NCBI GenBank assembly: GCA_964370865.1
Contig: CAYJKF010000002.1
Coordinates: forward strand, 20,719-84,718
Direction of reading: 5' to 3'
From: an uncultured Candidatus Saccharibacteria bacterium
Lineage (GTDB): Bacteria > Patescibacteriota > WWE3 > 2-01-FULL-39-13
DNA: 64,000 nucleotides
The translations under genes and the position numbers were made by a program. The notes beneath the pieces were generated by a model. The model was not told the origin of the DNA. It searched no databases and worked only from the letters and a program-made list of their open reading frames with translations. Below are positions 8,706 through 17,491 of this stretch, one piece after another; within the stretch, counting starts at the first letter, position 1, and each line of letters opens with the position of its first letter.

Positions 8706-9896
8706 ATGCATACAACTATAATAATACCGACTTACAATGAAGCTGATAATATAGAAGACTGTATATCTACTGTAAAGCAAATCCTAATAGAGAATAATTT
8801 GAACGACTCATTTAGTTTTTTGATTACTGACGCTAATTCCAGTGATGGCACTGCTGATATCGTTAAGAAATTGATGGTTAATGATTCAAGAATTCATCTG
8901 ATTGAGGAAGGCAGTAAACAAGGTATTGGCAAAGCATATTCGAATGCGATGAAGAAAGCTTTTGTCGACTTAAATGCTGATGCCATTATTACCTTTGATG
9001 CCGATTTATCACATGATCCAAAAGTAATTCCTCAGATGGTAGCACTACTAGAAACCGGGGCAGATTATGTGTGTGGGACAAGGTATAGAAAAGGTGGAGG
9101 AATTCCAAGCAATTGGGGGATACATAGAAAATTTTTGAGTATAGTTGGCAATTTGTTTATAAAAATATTGTATTTTCAAGCAGGATTATCTGATTTTACA
9201 TCTGGTTTCAAAGGATTTAAGAAAAACGTTTTCGAGAAAATAGTTGATAAAATTTCCCAACACAAAGGCTACACCTTTAGCATTTCTACAAACATTGAAG
9301 CTTACAGAGCTGGTTTTAAAATTCATGAAGTCCCATATAAGTTCAAGGATAGAACAAGAGGAGAATCTAAGATGGGACCAGAGTATCTTATTATGGGATT
9401 CAAATTTGTAACGTTAAGTTGGATTTCGGATATGATGAAAGTGAGAATTATTCGTGTTTTACTTGCTGGTGGTGTAGGAGCAATCTGTCAGCTACTTTCC
9501 TATGGCTTGATATTTTATCCTCTTTTTGAAGACCAAAATATTTTAAATTTAAATATAACTAGCCAATTTATAGGTTTTAGTATTGCGCCACGTTTTTTGA
9601 TTTCACAGTTGTTCGCTATTGAAGTTGGAGTTTTATCCACGTTCTTAGTCAATAATTATTGGACTTTTAAAGACCATGTCTTGCACGGGACTAAGCTTGT
9701 GTACGGGTTTTTGAAAAATAATGTTGGTGTCAGTATCGCAATTTTAATCCAGCTTTGGGTTGGACAGATTTTAGAGTATTTATTTGGAGAGGGAATTGTT
9801 AGACACTATACATATCAAATAATTGGAATTTTGGTCGGTCTAATTTGGAATTTTTATTTTTACAAGAAAATAGTATGGAAAATAAAATCAAAATAA
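8706..9896 (+). CDS. GT2 polyprenol-phosphate (DPM1/Ppm1-like) glycosyltransferase fused to a GtrA-like C-terminal membrane domain
   Basis: IIPTYNEADNI, DANSSDGT, DADLSH, DFTSGF, EVPYKFKDRTRGESKM; C-terminal 4 TM with FLVNNYWTF and WNFYFYKKIVW. Confidence 0.85.
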   Translation: MHTTIIIPTYNEADNIEDCISTVKQILIENNLNDSFSFLITDANSSDGTADIVKKLMVNDSRIHLIEEGSKQGIGKAYSNAMKKAFVDLNADAIITFDADLSHDPKVIPQMVALLETGADYVCGTRYRKGGGIPSNWGIHRKFLSIVGNLFIKILYFQAGLSDFTSGFKGFKKNVFEKIVDKISQHKGYTFSISTNIEAYRAGFKIHEVPYKFKDRTRGESKMGPEYLIMGFKFVTLSWISDMMKVRIIRVLLAGGVGAICQLLSYGLIFYPLFEDQNILNLNITSQFIGFSIAPRFLISQLFAIEVGVLSTFLVNNYWTFKDHVLHGTKLVYGFLKNNVGVSIAILIQLWVGQILEYLFGEGIVRHYTYQIIGILVGLIWNFYFYKKIVWKIKSK

Positions 9897-10639
9897 GTAT
9901 TGTAATACCAGCTTATAATGAGCAAGGTCGTATTGAAGGTAGTTTACGGCGAATAAAGGCCTTTTTTGATGAGCGAGCATATGATTATGAGATTATAGTT
10001 TCAGATGATGGTTCAAAAGATAAAACCCTAGAAATTGTAAAGAAATTTCAGGAATCCTGGCCAGAACTTAAGGCGTTAAACAATTTGCATAAAGGCAAGG
10101 CCCCAGCAATTATTTCAGGTATTAATAGTGCACAAGGAGAGTTTGTTCTATTTACTGATGTGGATTTGTCGGTGGATATTGGTGAATTACCAAAGTTATT
10201 GTACGCTGTTGAAGATAGAGGATATGACGTGGCAATTGCATCAAGAGAGGGTAAAGGTGCGAAAAGAATTGACGAACCAACCATTAGACATGTTATGGGA
10301 CGTGTCTTTAATTATTTAGTACAACTTGTAATACTACCCGGTATAAACGACACCCAATGTGGCTTTAAATTATTTAGGACATCATCAGCCATAGAAATAT
10401 TCAAACACACACTATTGTATTCGCTTGATGATGAAGTGATTTCTGGCGGTAAAGTTTCTGCTTTTGATGTAGAGATTTTATATTTAGCTAAAAGAATGGG
10501 TTTAAAGATCAAAGAGGTTCCAGTAGTTTGGATCTACCAAGATGAAAGTAAGGTTCATAATATAAAAGATTCGTATTATAATGCAAAGGATGTTTTAGTC
10601 GTTAGATTAAATAGTTTATTAGGAAAATATAAAGTTTAG
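9875..10639 (+). CDS. GT2 dolichyl/polyprenyl-phosphate beta-glucosyltransferase-like
   Basis: IVIPAYNEQGRI, DDGSKDKT, DVDLS, DTQCGFKLF, FDVEILY; start moved to ATG 9875. Confidence 0.85.
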   Translation: MENKIKISIVIPAYNEQGRIEGSLRRIKAFFDERAYDYEIIVSDDGSKDKTLEIVKKFQESWPELKALNNLHKGKAPAIISGINSAQGEFVLFTDVDLSVDIGELPKLLYAVEDRGYDVAIASREGKGAKRIDEPTIRHVMGRVFNYLVQLVILPGINDTQCGFKLFRTSSAIEIFKHTLLYSLDDEVISGGKVSAFDVEILYLAKRMGLKIKEVPVVWIYQDESKVHNIKDSYYNAKDVLVVRLNSLLGKYKV

Positions 10640-10652
10640 TCATTAAATTCAT

Positions 10653-11972
10653 ATGAAAATTACAATAATAGGTACAGGTTACGTTGGTTTAGTTTCTGGA
10701 GCAGTCTTCGCAGATTGGGGACATGATGTAGTTTGTCTTGACGTTAACCAAGACAAAATAGACAAAATAAAAGAAGGCATAATGCCAATTTATGAAGAAG
10801 GCTTAGAAGAATTAGTAAAGCGTATACAAAAAGAAGGTAGGTTTGTTGCTACAACGGATTACGAATTAGCAATGAAACATGGTGAATTAATATTCATATG
10901 CGTTGGAACACCAAGTAACCAATCAGGAGCCGCAGACTTAACATATGTTTTTGATGTAGCTAAGAATATTGGTGAACTACTTCCAGAGGATCAATATCGT
11001 GTAATCGTTACAAAATCTACAGTCCCAGTTGGTACAAATCATAAAGTGAAAGAAACTATTTTGAAAAATAGTGAGGGAAGGACTCTTGATTTCGATATCT
11101 GCTCTAATCCAGAATTTTTAAGAGAAGGAACTTCAATCTTTGATGCAAATAATACTGATCGAGTTGTGATAGGTACTGAAACCGATAAAGCCTTTGAGAA
11201 AATGAAAGAGTTATATAATCACTTAGAAACGACAATTTTACAAACTTCAATTCAAAGTGCAGAACTTATTAAATATGCATCAAACGCCTTTTTAGCCACA
11301 AAAATTAGTTTTATAAATGAAATTTCTCAAATATGCGAGAGAGTCGGAGCAGATGTTAAAGAAGTCGCACAAGGTATGGGATTAGATAATAGAATCGGTG
11401 GAAAATTCCTAAATGCCGGTATTGGATATGGTGGATCTTGTTTCCCTAAGGATGTAGAGGCATTGTATCGAACTAGTAGTGAAAAGATGTATGATTTCAG
11501 GTTACTAAGAGGTGTAATTGATGCTAACGAGAGACAAAAACACTATTTCATGGAAAAAGTATGGAATAAGTATGGTTCAAATTTAGATGGATATGTATTT
11601 GGCGTTTTAGGTTCTGCTTTTAAGAATGGAACTGATGATACTCGTAAGTCAGTTGCCCTTGAGGTAATAAAAATGCTAAGAGGCGCAGGCGCGAAAATAA
11701 AATTAGCAGACCCGGCGGCGCTTGAGAATTCTAAAAGAGATCTAGGAACTATCGGAATGGAATATTGTGAAGTAATTGATGATGTATTTGATAAAGCTGA
11801 TGGCGTTTTTATACTCACTGAATGGCCAGAATTCGCTAATATAGATTACGAAGAAATGGCAGATAAATTAAAATCAAAAGTAATTTTTGATGGAAAAAAT
11901 CTTTTGAACCCTAAAGTTCTTTCTGATTTGGGATATGAATACCATTCAATCGGTAGAAGTTCTTACCTTTAG
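10653..11972 (+). CDS. ugd: UDP-glucose 6-dehydrogenase
   Basis: IGTGYVGL, CVGTP, KSTVPVGT, NPEFLREG, catalytic GGSCFPKD. Confidence 0.93.
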   Translation: MKITIIGTGYVGLVSGAVFADWGHDVVCLDVNQDKIDKIKEGIMPIYEEGLEELVKRIQKEGRFVATTDYELAMKHGELIFICVGTPSNQSGAADLTYVFDVAKNIGELLPEDQYRVIVTKSTVPVGTNHKVKETILKNSEGRTLDFDICSNPEFLREGTSIFDANNTDRVVIGTETDKAFEKMKELYNHLETTILQTSIQSAELIKYASNAFLATKISFINEISQICERVGADVKEVAQGMGLDNRIGGKFLNAGIGYGGSCFPKDVEALYRTSSEKMYDFRLLRGVIDANERQKHYFMEKVWNKYGSNLDGYVFGVLGSAFKNGTDDTRKSVALEVIKMLRGAGAKIKLADPAALENSKRDLGTIGMEYCEVIDDVFDKADGVFILTEWPEFANIDYEEMADKLKSKVIFDGKNLLNPKVLSDLGYEYHSIGRSSYL

Positions 11973-12314
11973 AAAATCTCTGAAGAATATTGAGAAAAAT
12001 ATCGAACCCCATCCTATCGTAAAAAATCCGAAAGGAAGTAGTTTTTGAAATACTCTAACTAGTGTAAGTGTTGAGGCACCACCATCTGATTCCAAAGATT
12101 CAAGCGTCTGGTTTTGTAGAGGCTCCATTATGTGTTTTTGATATTCGAAGCCAACTAATAGGGTTGAAAAGCCAATTAATAGTAGGGTTGCATACCTTGA
12201 TGGTTTATATAGCAAAAGCAAAAACGACATAATAGTTCCCAAGAAAAATGCTATTGCATATTCATTATGCGCAAAGGTTAGATAAACGGTATTAATGAGT
12301 GAATCTGTTGTCAT
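11946..12314 (-). CDS. Small hypothetical membrane protein (3 TM)
   Basis: 122 aa, hydrophobic, 2 nt downstream of the peptidase gene. Confidence 0.7.
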   Translation of the reverse strand: MTTDSLINTVYLTFAHNEYAIAFFLGTIMSFLLLLYKPSRYATLLLIGFSTLLVGFEYQKHIMEPLQNQTLESLESDGGASTLTLVRVFQKLLPFGFFTIGWGSIFFSIFFRDFLKVRTSTD

Positions 12315-12316
12315 GT

Positions 12317-14098
12317 TTAGATTTTACCAAGTTTTTTAGCTAGTGATGTTGCGGAGTTTAAATCTTCAATAATTTGCTGAATTCCTTCTTCCCAAAAATT
12401 TTCATTGGATATGTCTAATCCCATTTCAGAAAAAATATCCTTAGGTGACTTATCTAGTCCTGCTTCATAGAATGCCTTGATTTGCTTAATAAAGGTTGGA
12501 TCTTTCGCTAGCTTTGCACTTAAAGCTTTTGCAATTAATTCTCCACCTGCATATGAATAAACATAGAAAAAAGATCTAATGTGTGACCAATAGACCCACC
12601 AATTCTCTGAGCCTGTTGAAAATTTGACTGCGGGGCCAGTATATGACTTCATTGATTGAGAAAACATTTCGCCGATGTCTGATATTGATAAGAAGGATTT
12701 TTCCTTATATTTTGTATGTAGAGCCATCTCAAATTCATAACAGGCAATTTGTCTGAAAATGGTTGAGATTGTGCCATTCAATTTGTCCATCATATAAGCT
12801 AGTCGGTCATCCTCATTGAGTGACTGCTCAAGATATTTGCCAGTTACGTCCTCCATAAAGGTACTTGCAACCTCTGCGACAAAGGTCGAGACGCCGTAGT
12901 TTAGTTCACTATTTTTTTTGCAGAGTTCAAAATTAATCGCATGTCCAAATTCATGAGCAAGGGTTGTTACATCTCTGAGTTTGCCCGTGAAATTTAACAA
13001 AACATACACCGGGCTAATCCTACAATAATTAGCACAAAAAGCCCCACCACTTTTGCCCGCCTTTGGATATACATCAACTCGACCTTCCTCAAACATCGTC
13101 TTAGAAAATGTATAAAAAGATTCGTCAAGTTTGCTCGATTCAAGATAAATATTTTTAGCTTCTTCAAATGTAAATGTATTTTTTAATTCGCCATAAGTTA
13201 AATTTCTTTCGTAGTACTCCAATTGGTCAATTTTAAGGAGTTTAGCTTTAAGTTTATAAAAATCTTGGGCAACATTATTGTGCTTTGTTACCGCAGCTCT
13301 TAATGAGTCAACAACAGATGAATCGACATCATCACTTATGTGTCTAGCAGTATCAGGGCGTGGTATCTTTCGAAACTCATCAGTATTCTTTTTGTTTTCT
13401 AAAATAGAGTTAATTTCAAATTCCGCTATTTCGACATATTTACTTAAAATTTCATTAATGGCCTCGGCCACATTCTCTCTTACTTCTTTATTTTGAGAAT
13501 CTAACATAGAGTACATTTCTTCTAAGGTTTTGGATTCTCTAGTTCCGTTTTCAGTAAGGACCATTCGTTCTTGTTTGTCGAGAAGTTCGCTTACCATGTT
13601 TACCCAGTTAGAGTGTGATGTTTTGCTTTTTAAATTCATTACCTGTTCTTGATCTTCGGAAAGGTAATATTTAGCATTAGCAAAAAGTTTTTCTAAATCA
13701 TGTTTATAAACGGCTAACTTTTGATTTGAAAGAAATATCTTTTGCTTTTCCTTTGAGACCTTTGCTAAGCGCAAATGAAAAAATTGCATTTTGTTATAAA
13801 GTCTCACAGCTTTATTATCCAGATCATTTTCTAGAGATTTTAATCTTTCATCGAGTTGATTTAAGCTTCTTTTTAACATCAGAAAATAGCCAAATTTTCC
13901 AATAATCCCATAATCTTCATATATTCTTTCTGACTCGACTAAAGCCTCTAATAGTGCATCCGGATTATTCAGATAAGAATCGTTTTGAGACCATTTATTT
14001 ACAAAGTTGTCTATTTCAAGCTCTTTTTTTGCTAAATCGACCTCAATTTGAGGGTCACTTTCATTTTTATATAAAGAACTTAAATTCCATTGTTGCAT
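12317..14098 (-). CDS. M3 family oligoendopeptidase (PepF-like)
   Basis: TLAHEFGH zinc motif, GKSGGAFC, AEVASTFME, FYVYSY; N-terminal WNLSSLY supports start at 14098. Confidence 0.9.
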   Translation of the reverse strand: MQQWNLSSLYKNESDPQIEVDLAKKELEIDNFVNKWSQNDSYLNNPDALLEALVESERIYEDYGIIGKFGYFLMLKRSLNQLDERLKSLENDLDNKAVRLYNKMQFFHLRLAKVSKEKQKIFLSNQKLAVYKHDLEKLFANAKYYLSEDQEQVMNLKSKTSHSNWVNMVSELLDKQERMVLTENGTRESKTLEEMYSMLDSQNKEVRENVAEAINEILSKYVEIAEFEINSILENKKNTDEFRKIPRPDTARHISDDVDSSVVDSLRAAVTKHNNVAQDFYKLKAKLLKIDQLEYYERNLTYGELKNTFTFEEAKNIYLESSKLDESFYTFSKTMFEEGRVDVYPKAGKSGGAFCANYCRISPVYVLLNFTGKLRDVTTLAHEFGHAINFELCKKNSELNYGVSTFVAEVASTFMEDVTGKYLEQSLNEDDRLAYMMDKLNGTISTIFRQIACYEFEMALHTKYKEKSFLSISDIGEMFSQSMKSYTGPAVKFSTGSENWWVYWSHIRSFFYVYSYAGGELIAKALSAKLAKDPTFIKQIKAFYEAGLDKSPKDIFSEMGLDISNENFWEEGIQQIIEDLNSATSLAKKLGKI

Positions 14099-14116
14099 GT
14101 TGTTATAATAACATTC
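14099..14116. promoter_or_regulatory. Bidirectional overlapping -10 elements between divergent start codons
   Basis: 18-bp gap gttgttataataacattc: TATAAT (+, 14104-14109) 7 nt before ATG 14117; TATTAT (-, 14105-14110) 6 nt before ATG 14098. Confidence 0.55.
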
Positions 14117-15094
14117 ATGCGAGCTACACATCTTGTTAAAAATATTTCAGAAGAAGACGACAAGAAATACATAAAGAATATTATCAATCGGTCAAAAAAA
14201 TTTGGATATAAAGCTAAGGTAATGCATTTATTACCAGTTACTAGGATGTTCTTGTCGAGACTGCTTTTTTTCAATAAAACAATAATTCATCTGCATTATT
14301 GTTCAAAAGGGATGTATTTATATCTTAAAACCTTAGGTAAAGTAGATAATATGCATTTTGTCTATCAAATCTATCATGATATGGACTTAAGTAAATTTTC
14401 ACGTCGTAACGCAAAGTTATATGAAGATGCGAATATATTTTTTATTAAAAGAGCATCGGCGGTTCTCTTTAACAAAATTTCTCTCTATCACGAATACTGC
14501 AAGAATTATAAGAAATATCGTGAAAAGTTTTTTCTCATAGAGTGTGGTTATGATAGTGATCAACTTACACCTCTCCCTGATCATAAACAGCTCGGTATGT
14601 CTACTAAGATTTATATCGGACAGGACAAATCCGATGATTTTAAGAATACCTCTTTAACGGTTGAAGCATTTTCGTACCTTCCCAGCAACTACACTTTATT
14701 AAGTAATTACACAAACAATAACGGAAGACATGTTAAGAGGTTTTCTGAGAATCTACACTTAAAAAATCGGTTGGATTTTCTTGATGGTGCTACTTTGGAA
14801 AGCGCCAGCTATGATATTTATATTGATTTGTTAACAGAAGACTTGTCAATTGAAATGCTAAATAACCTTGCTAGAGATGTATGCGTTATTGGTGTAAGAA
14901 AGGATCTAGGTATTAAAGGATACTTTCCAATCAAAAGTTTTTTGCCAAAAGTCATTGCTTCACAGATCAAATCAATGAGTCCAGTTAAAATGGAAGTCGA
15001 TACACAAACCCTCTCTCGCTTTTATAGCTGGGATGCTAGAACTAAGCAGGTAATATTGATATATAACTACATTCTCGAAAATAAAGTAAAATAG
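14117..15094 (+). CDS. Divergent or degenerate GT4-like (GT-B) protein
   Basis: GT4-like features (IIHLH, FLIECGYD, C-terminal FYSWDARTKQVILIY) but no clear E-X7-E motif; heads a GT4 cluster. Confidence 0.5.
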   Translation: MRATHLVKNISEEDDKKYIKNIINRSKKFGYKAKVMHLLPVTRMFLSRLLFFNKTIIHLHYCSKGMYLYLKTLGKVDNMHFVYQIYHDMDLSKFSRRNAKLYEDANIFFIKRASAVLFNKISLYHEYCKNYKKYREKFFLIECGYDSDQLTPLPDHKQLGMSTKIYIGQDKSDDFKNTSLTVEAFSYLPSNYTLLSNYTNNNGRHVKRFSENLHLKNRLDFLDGATLESASYDIYIDLLTEDLSIEMLNNLARDVCVIGVRKDLGIKGYFPIKSFLPKVIASQIKSMSPVKMEVDTQTLSRFYSWDARTKQVILIYNYILENKVK

Positions 15095-15101
15095 TAGTTA
15101 T

Positions 15102-16220
15102 ATGAAAGTACTTGTACTAAGTTCTAGATTTCATCCTGATAAGGGAGGCGTAGAAAATGTTGTGCAAATGCTATTTGATAAATATTCTGGTGAATTAAAA
15201 CTCATTGTTTCCCATGCGCAATCAACTTTCAGCCCAAAGATCAAAGAAACCTTGAATGGTAAGGAAATCACAAGAATCTGGATGGGACGTCCAGATTCAT
15301 TAAATGGTTGGTTAGTTTTTCCATATAGATTTTTAGCTAGCTTATTTGCATTTGTAAGTGAGGTTAAGCAGTATAATCCCGACTTAATAAATTATCATTT
15401 TCCAGATGATAGTATATTTCTCTTTTCCGCTTCCAGATTTTTCATAAAAACAAAGTATGTTTTGAATTTGCATGGTGAAGATTTTCATAGCTTTTCCAAA
15501 AGATCACCACATTCATATTTTTGGAATAAATTAATTAATAATTCTAGCGGGATTATTGTGAATTCCGATTATATGCGTGGTGAAGTGATGGATAGATTCA
15601 AATTAGGGTCTGATAAAATTTTTATAATTCCGAATGGAATTGATATAAAAGCAATCGACTCGATTGCTTCTCGAAAGTATATTGAAGAGCCTTACATTTT
15701 TGCAGTTGGACGATTTGTTTTTAAGAAAGGCTTTGATATTTTAGTTACTGCATTCAAGGAGTCAAATTTGGAACAGGTTAAATTAGTTATCGAGGGAAAG
15801 GGTGAGGAGCTAGAGTCAATAAAATCACTTGTGTCTGAACTAGATTTATCAAGTAAGGTTATTTTAACTGGTGGAACAATGTCTGCCGACGAAAAAGTTG
15901 CCTTTATGAAAGGTAGTCTATTTGGAGTTGTTCCGTCACGTAAAGAACCTTTTGGAATTGTCGCACTTGAATTTATGGCGGCAAATGTACCAGTTATAGT
16001 ATCTGCAACTGGAGGCCTATTATCCCTAGTTGAGAACGGAGTAAATGGCATATTATTCGAAAATGAGAGTGAATTGTCACTTGCGGATAAATTGACAAGG
16101 TTAAGATCTGACATTCAATTACGTTCAAAACTTAAGGAGCATGGAAGAGAGACCGCGGAAAAATTTTCCTATGAAATGGTGACGTCTCAATACCTAACAC
16201 TATTTGAAAAACTTATATGA
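15102..16220 (+). CDS. GT4 glycosyltransferase
   Basis: GGVE, IIPNGID, VGRFVFKKG, PSRKEPFGIVALEFMA. Confidence 0.92.
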   Translation: MKVLVLSSRFHPDKGGVENVVQMLFDKYSGELKLIVSHAQSTFSPKIKETLNGKEITRIWMGRPDSLNGWLVFPYRFLASLFAFVSEVKQYNPDLINYHFPDDSIFLFSASRFFIKTKYVLNLHGEDFHSFSKRSPHSYFWNKLINNSSGIIVNSDYMRGEVMDRFKLGSDKIFIIPNGIDIKAIDSIASRKYIEEPYIFAVGRFVFKKGFDILVTAFKESNLEQVKLVIEGKGEELESIKSLVSELDLSSKVILTGGTMSADEKVAFMKGSLFGVVPSRKEPFGIVALEFMAANVPVIVSATGGLLSLVENGVNGILFENESELSLADKLTRLRSDIQLRSKLKEHGRETAEKFSYEMVTSQYLTLFEKLI

Positions 16221-17491
16221 AGATTCTTATAATTTCGCGAAGTACTATTCATCATTTTTCTTCAGGGGGGATGGAAACACATCTGAAAAATCTAGTTGAA
16301 GGATTAGCTCTTAAGGGACATAAAGTACAAGTTGTAACAACCTCTTATCCATCAGTTGATATCGATTCGATTAATTCTGAAGATAAATCTTTAAACGACA
16401 GCGGAGTGGATTATATTTTTATTGGTGATACTACCCCAGGCCAACTTCCTTTAAGTAGAGTCGAGCGATTTTTTATAAAACTTGGTGTATTTAACAGAAA
16501 AATAAAAGAAGGTAGAAAAGACTTTTTTGCGGAATTAACTAATAGGGTACAAGGAGGCGATTTTTCCGACTGTGATGTGATTTTATCGCAAAGTACAGTG
16601 GGACGTTCAGTTATAAGATTATTACATGAAACTATCCCCTCTATCGTTATTATTCATGGGACGAATTTTGCGGAGATAAAAAATCGATTTAGAACTTTAA
16701 AGAGCTTTAAAAATATAGTCCGTTTTGTTTTAGTCGATTTACCAAGACTAATATCAGAATATTTCACTACTAATAAACTTTTGTTTAGAGATGCTAAATA
16801 CATCGTTGCAGTAAGCAATGACCTTAAGGAAGATTTTCTGGATCAGTATCCTCCACATTCCAATAAAACTGTAGTTATTAGAAATGGGGTGGATGAAAAA
16901 TATTTTGTTCCGGGAGAATTAAAAAAACATTTAGAACTACATATCTTATATGTTGGACGAATTGTTCTTGAAAAAGGAATAGACACAATCATTCGTGTTG
17001 CTAGGGTATTAATGGATCGTAATGTTAATTTCGTAATTAAGATTGTAGGCGGTGGAAGTGACTTACATGAAATGAAAGAACTATTAAAAGAACTTGGCGT
17101 TTCTAAGAATGTCTTCTTTGAAGGAGAAGTAAAGAATAATGATATTGTTGAGTTTTATCAGGACGCAGATCTATTTTTGTTCCCATCTAGAAGGATTGAA
17201 GGGCATCCTATGACTATTTCAGAGGCGATGTTATGTGGATTGCCAATTGTGACATCTAGAAATGGAGGTTTGAAGGAACTGATAGAAGATGGACAAAGTG
17301 GCTATTATATCGATGAGAAAAACCCGATAGAAATAGCAGAAAAAATTATCGAGATGGATAGTGATAGACCTATGCTGAAAAAGCTATCAGAGAACGCTAG
17401 AAACCATGCTCTCAAAAACTACAGTTCTAAGGCAATGGTAGAGCAGTATAATTTTTTAATTGAGAAAGCAGTTAATGATAAAAATATATAA
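16217..17491 (+). CDS. GT4 glycosyltransferase
   Basis: GGMETH, IRNGVD, VGRIVLEKG, PSRRIEGHPMTISEAMLCG. Confidence 0.92.
   Translation: MKILIISRSTIHHFSSGGMETHLKNLVEGLALKGHKVQVVTTSYPSVDIDSINSEDKSLNDSGVDYIFIGDTTPGQLPLSRVERFFIKLGVFNRKIKEGRKDFFAELTNRVQGGDFSDCDVILSQSTVGRSVIRLLHETIPSIVIIHGTNFAEIKNRFRTLKSFKNIVRFVLVDLPRLISEYFTTNKLLFRDAKYIVAVSNDLKEDFLDQYPPHSNKTVVIRNGVDEKYFVPGELKKHLELHILYVGRIVLEKGIDTIIRVARVLMDRNVNFVIKIVGGGSDLHEMKELLKELGVSKNVFFEGEVKNNDIVEFYQDADLFLFPSRRIEGHPMTISEAMLCGLPIVTSRNGGLKELIEDGQSGYYIDEKNPIEIAEKIIEMDSDRPMLKKLSENARNHALKNYSSKAMVEQYNFLIEKAVNDKNI

Noticed and set aside
14090-14131. ORF-track overlap of the peptidase and GT4-like starts (similar extended starts at 9845, 17460, 39572, 47067, 50879, 51816, 59966)
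   Set aside because: Downstream ATG/GTG starts fit domain boundaries and/or -10 spacing better and remove or shorten implausible overlaps
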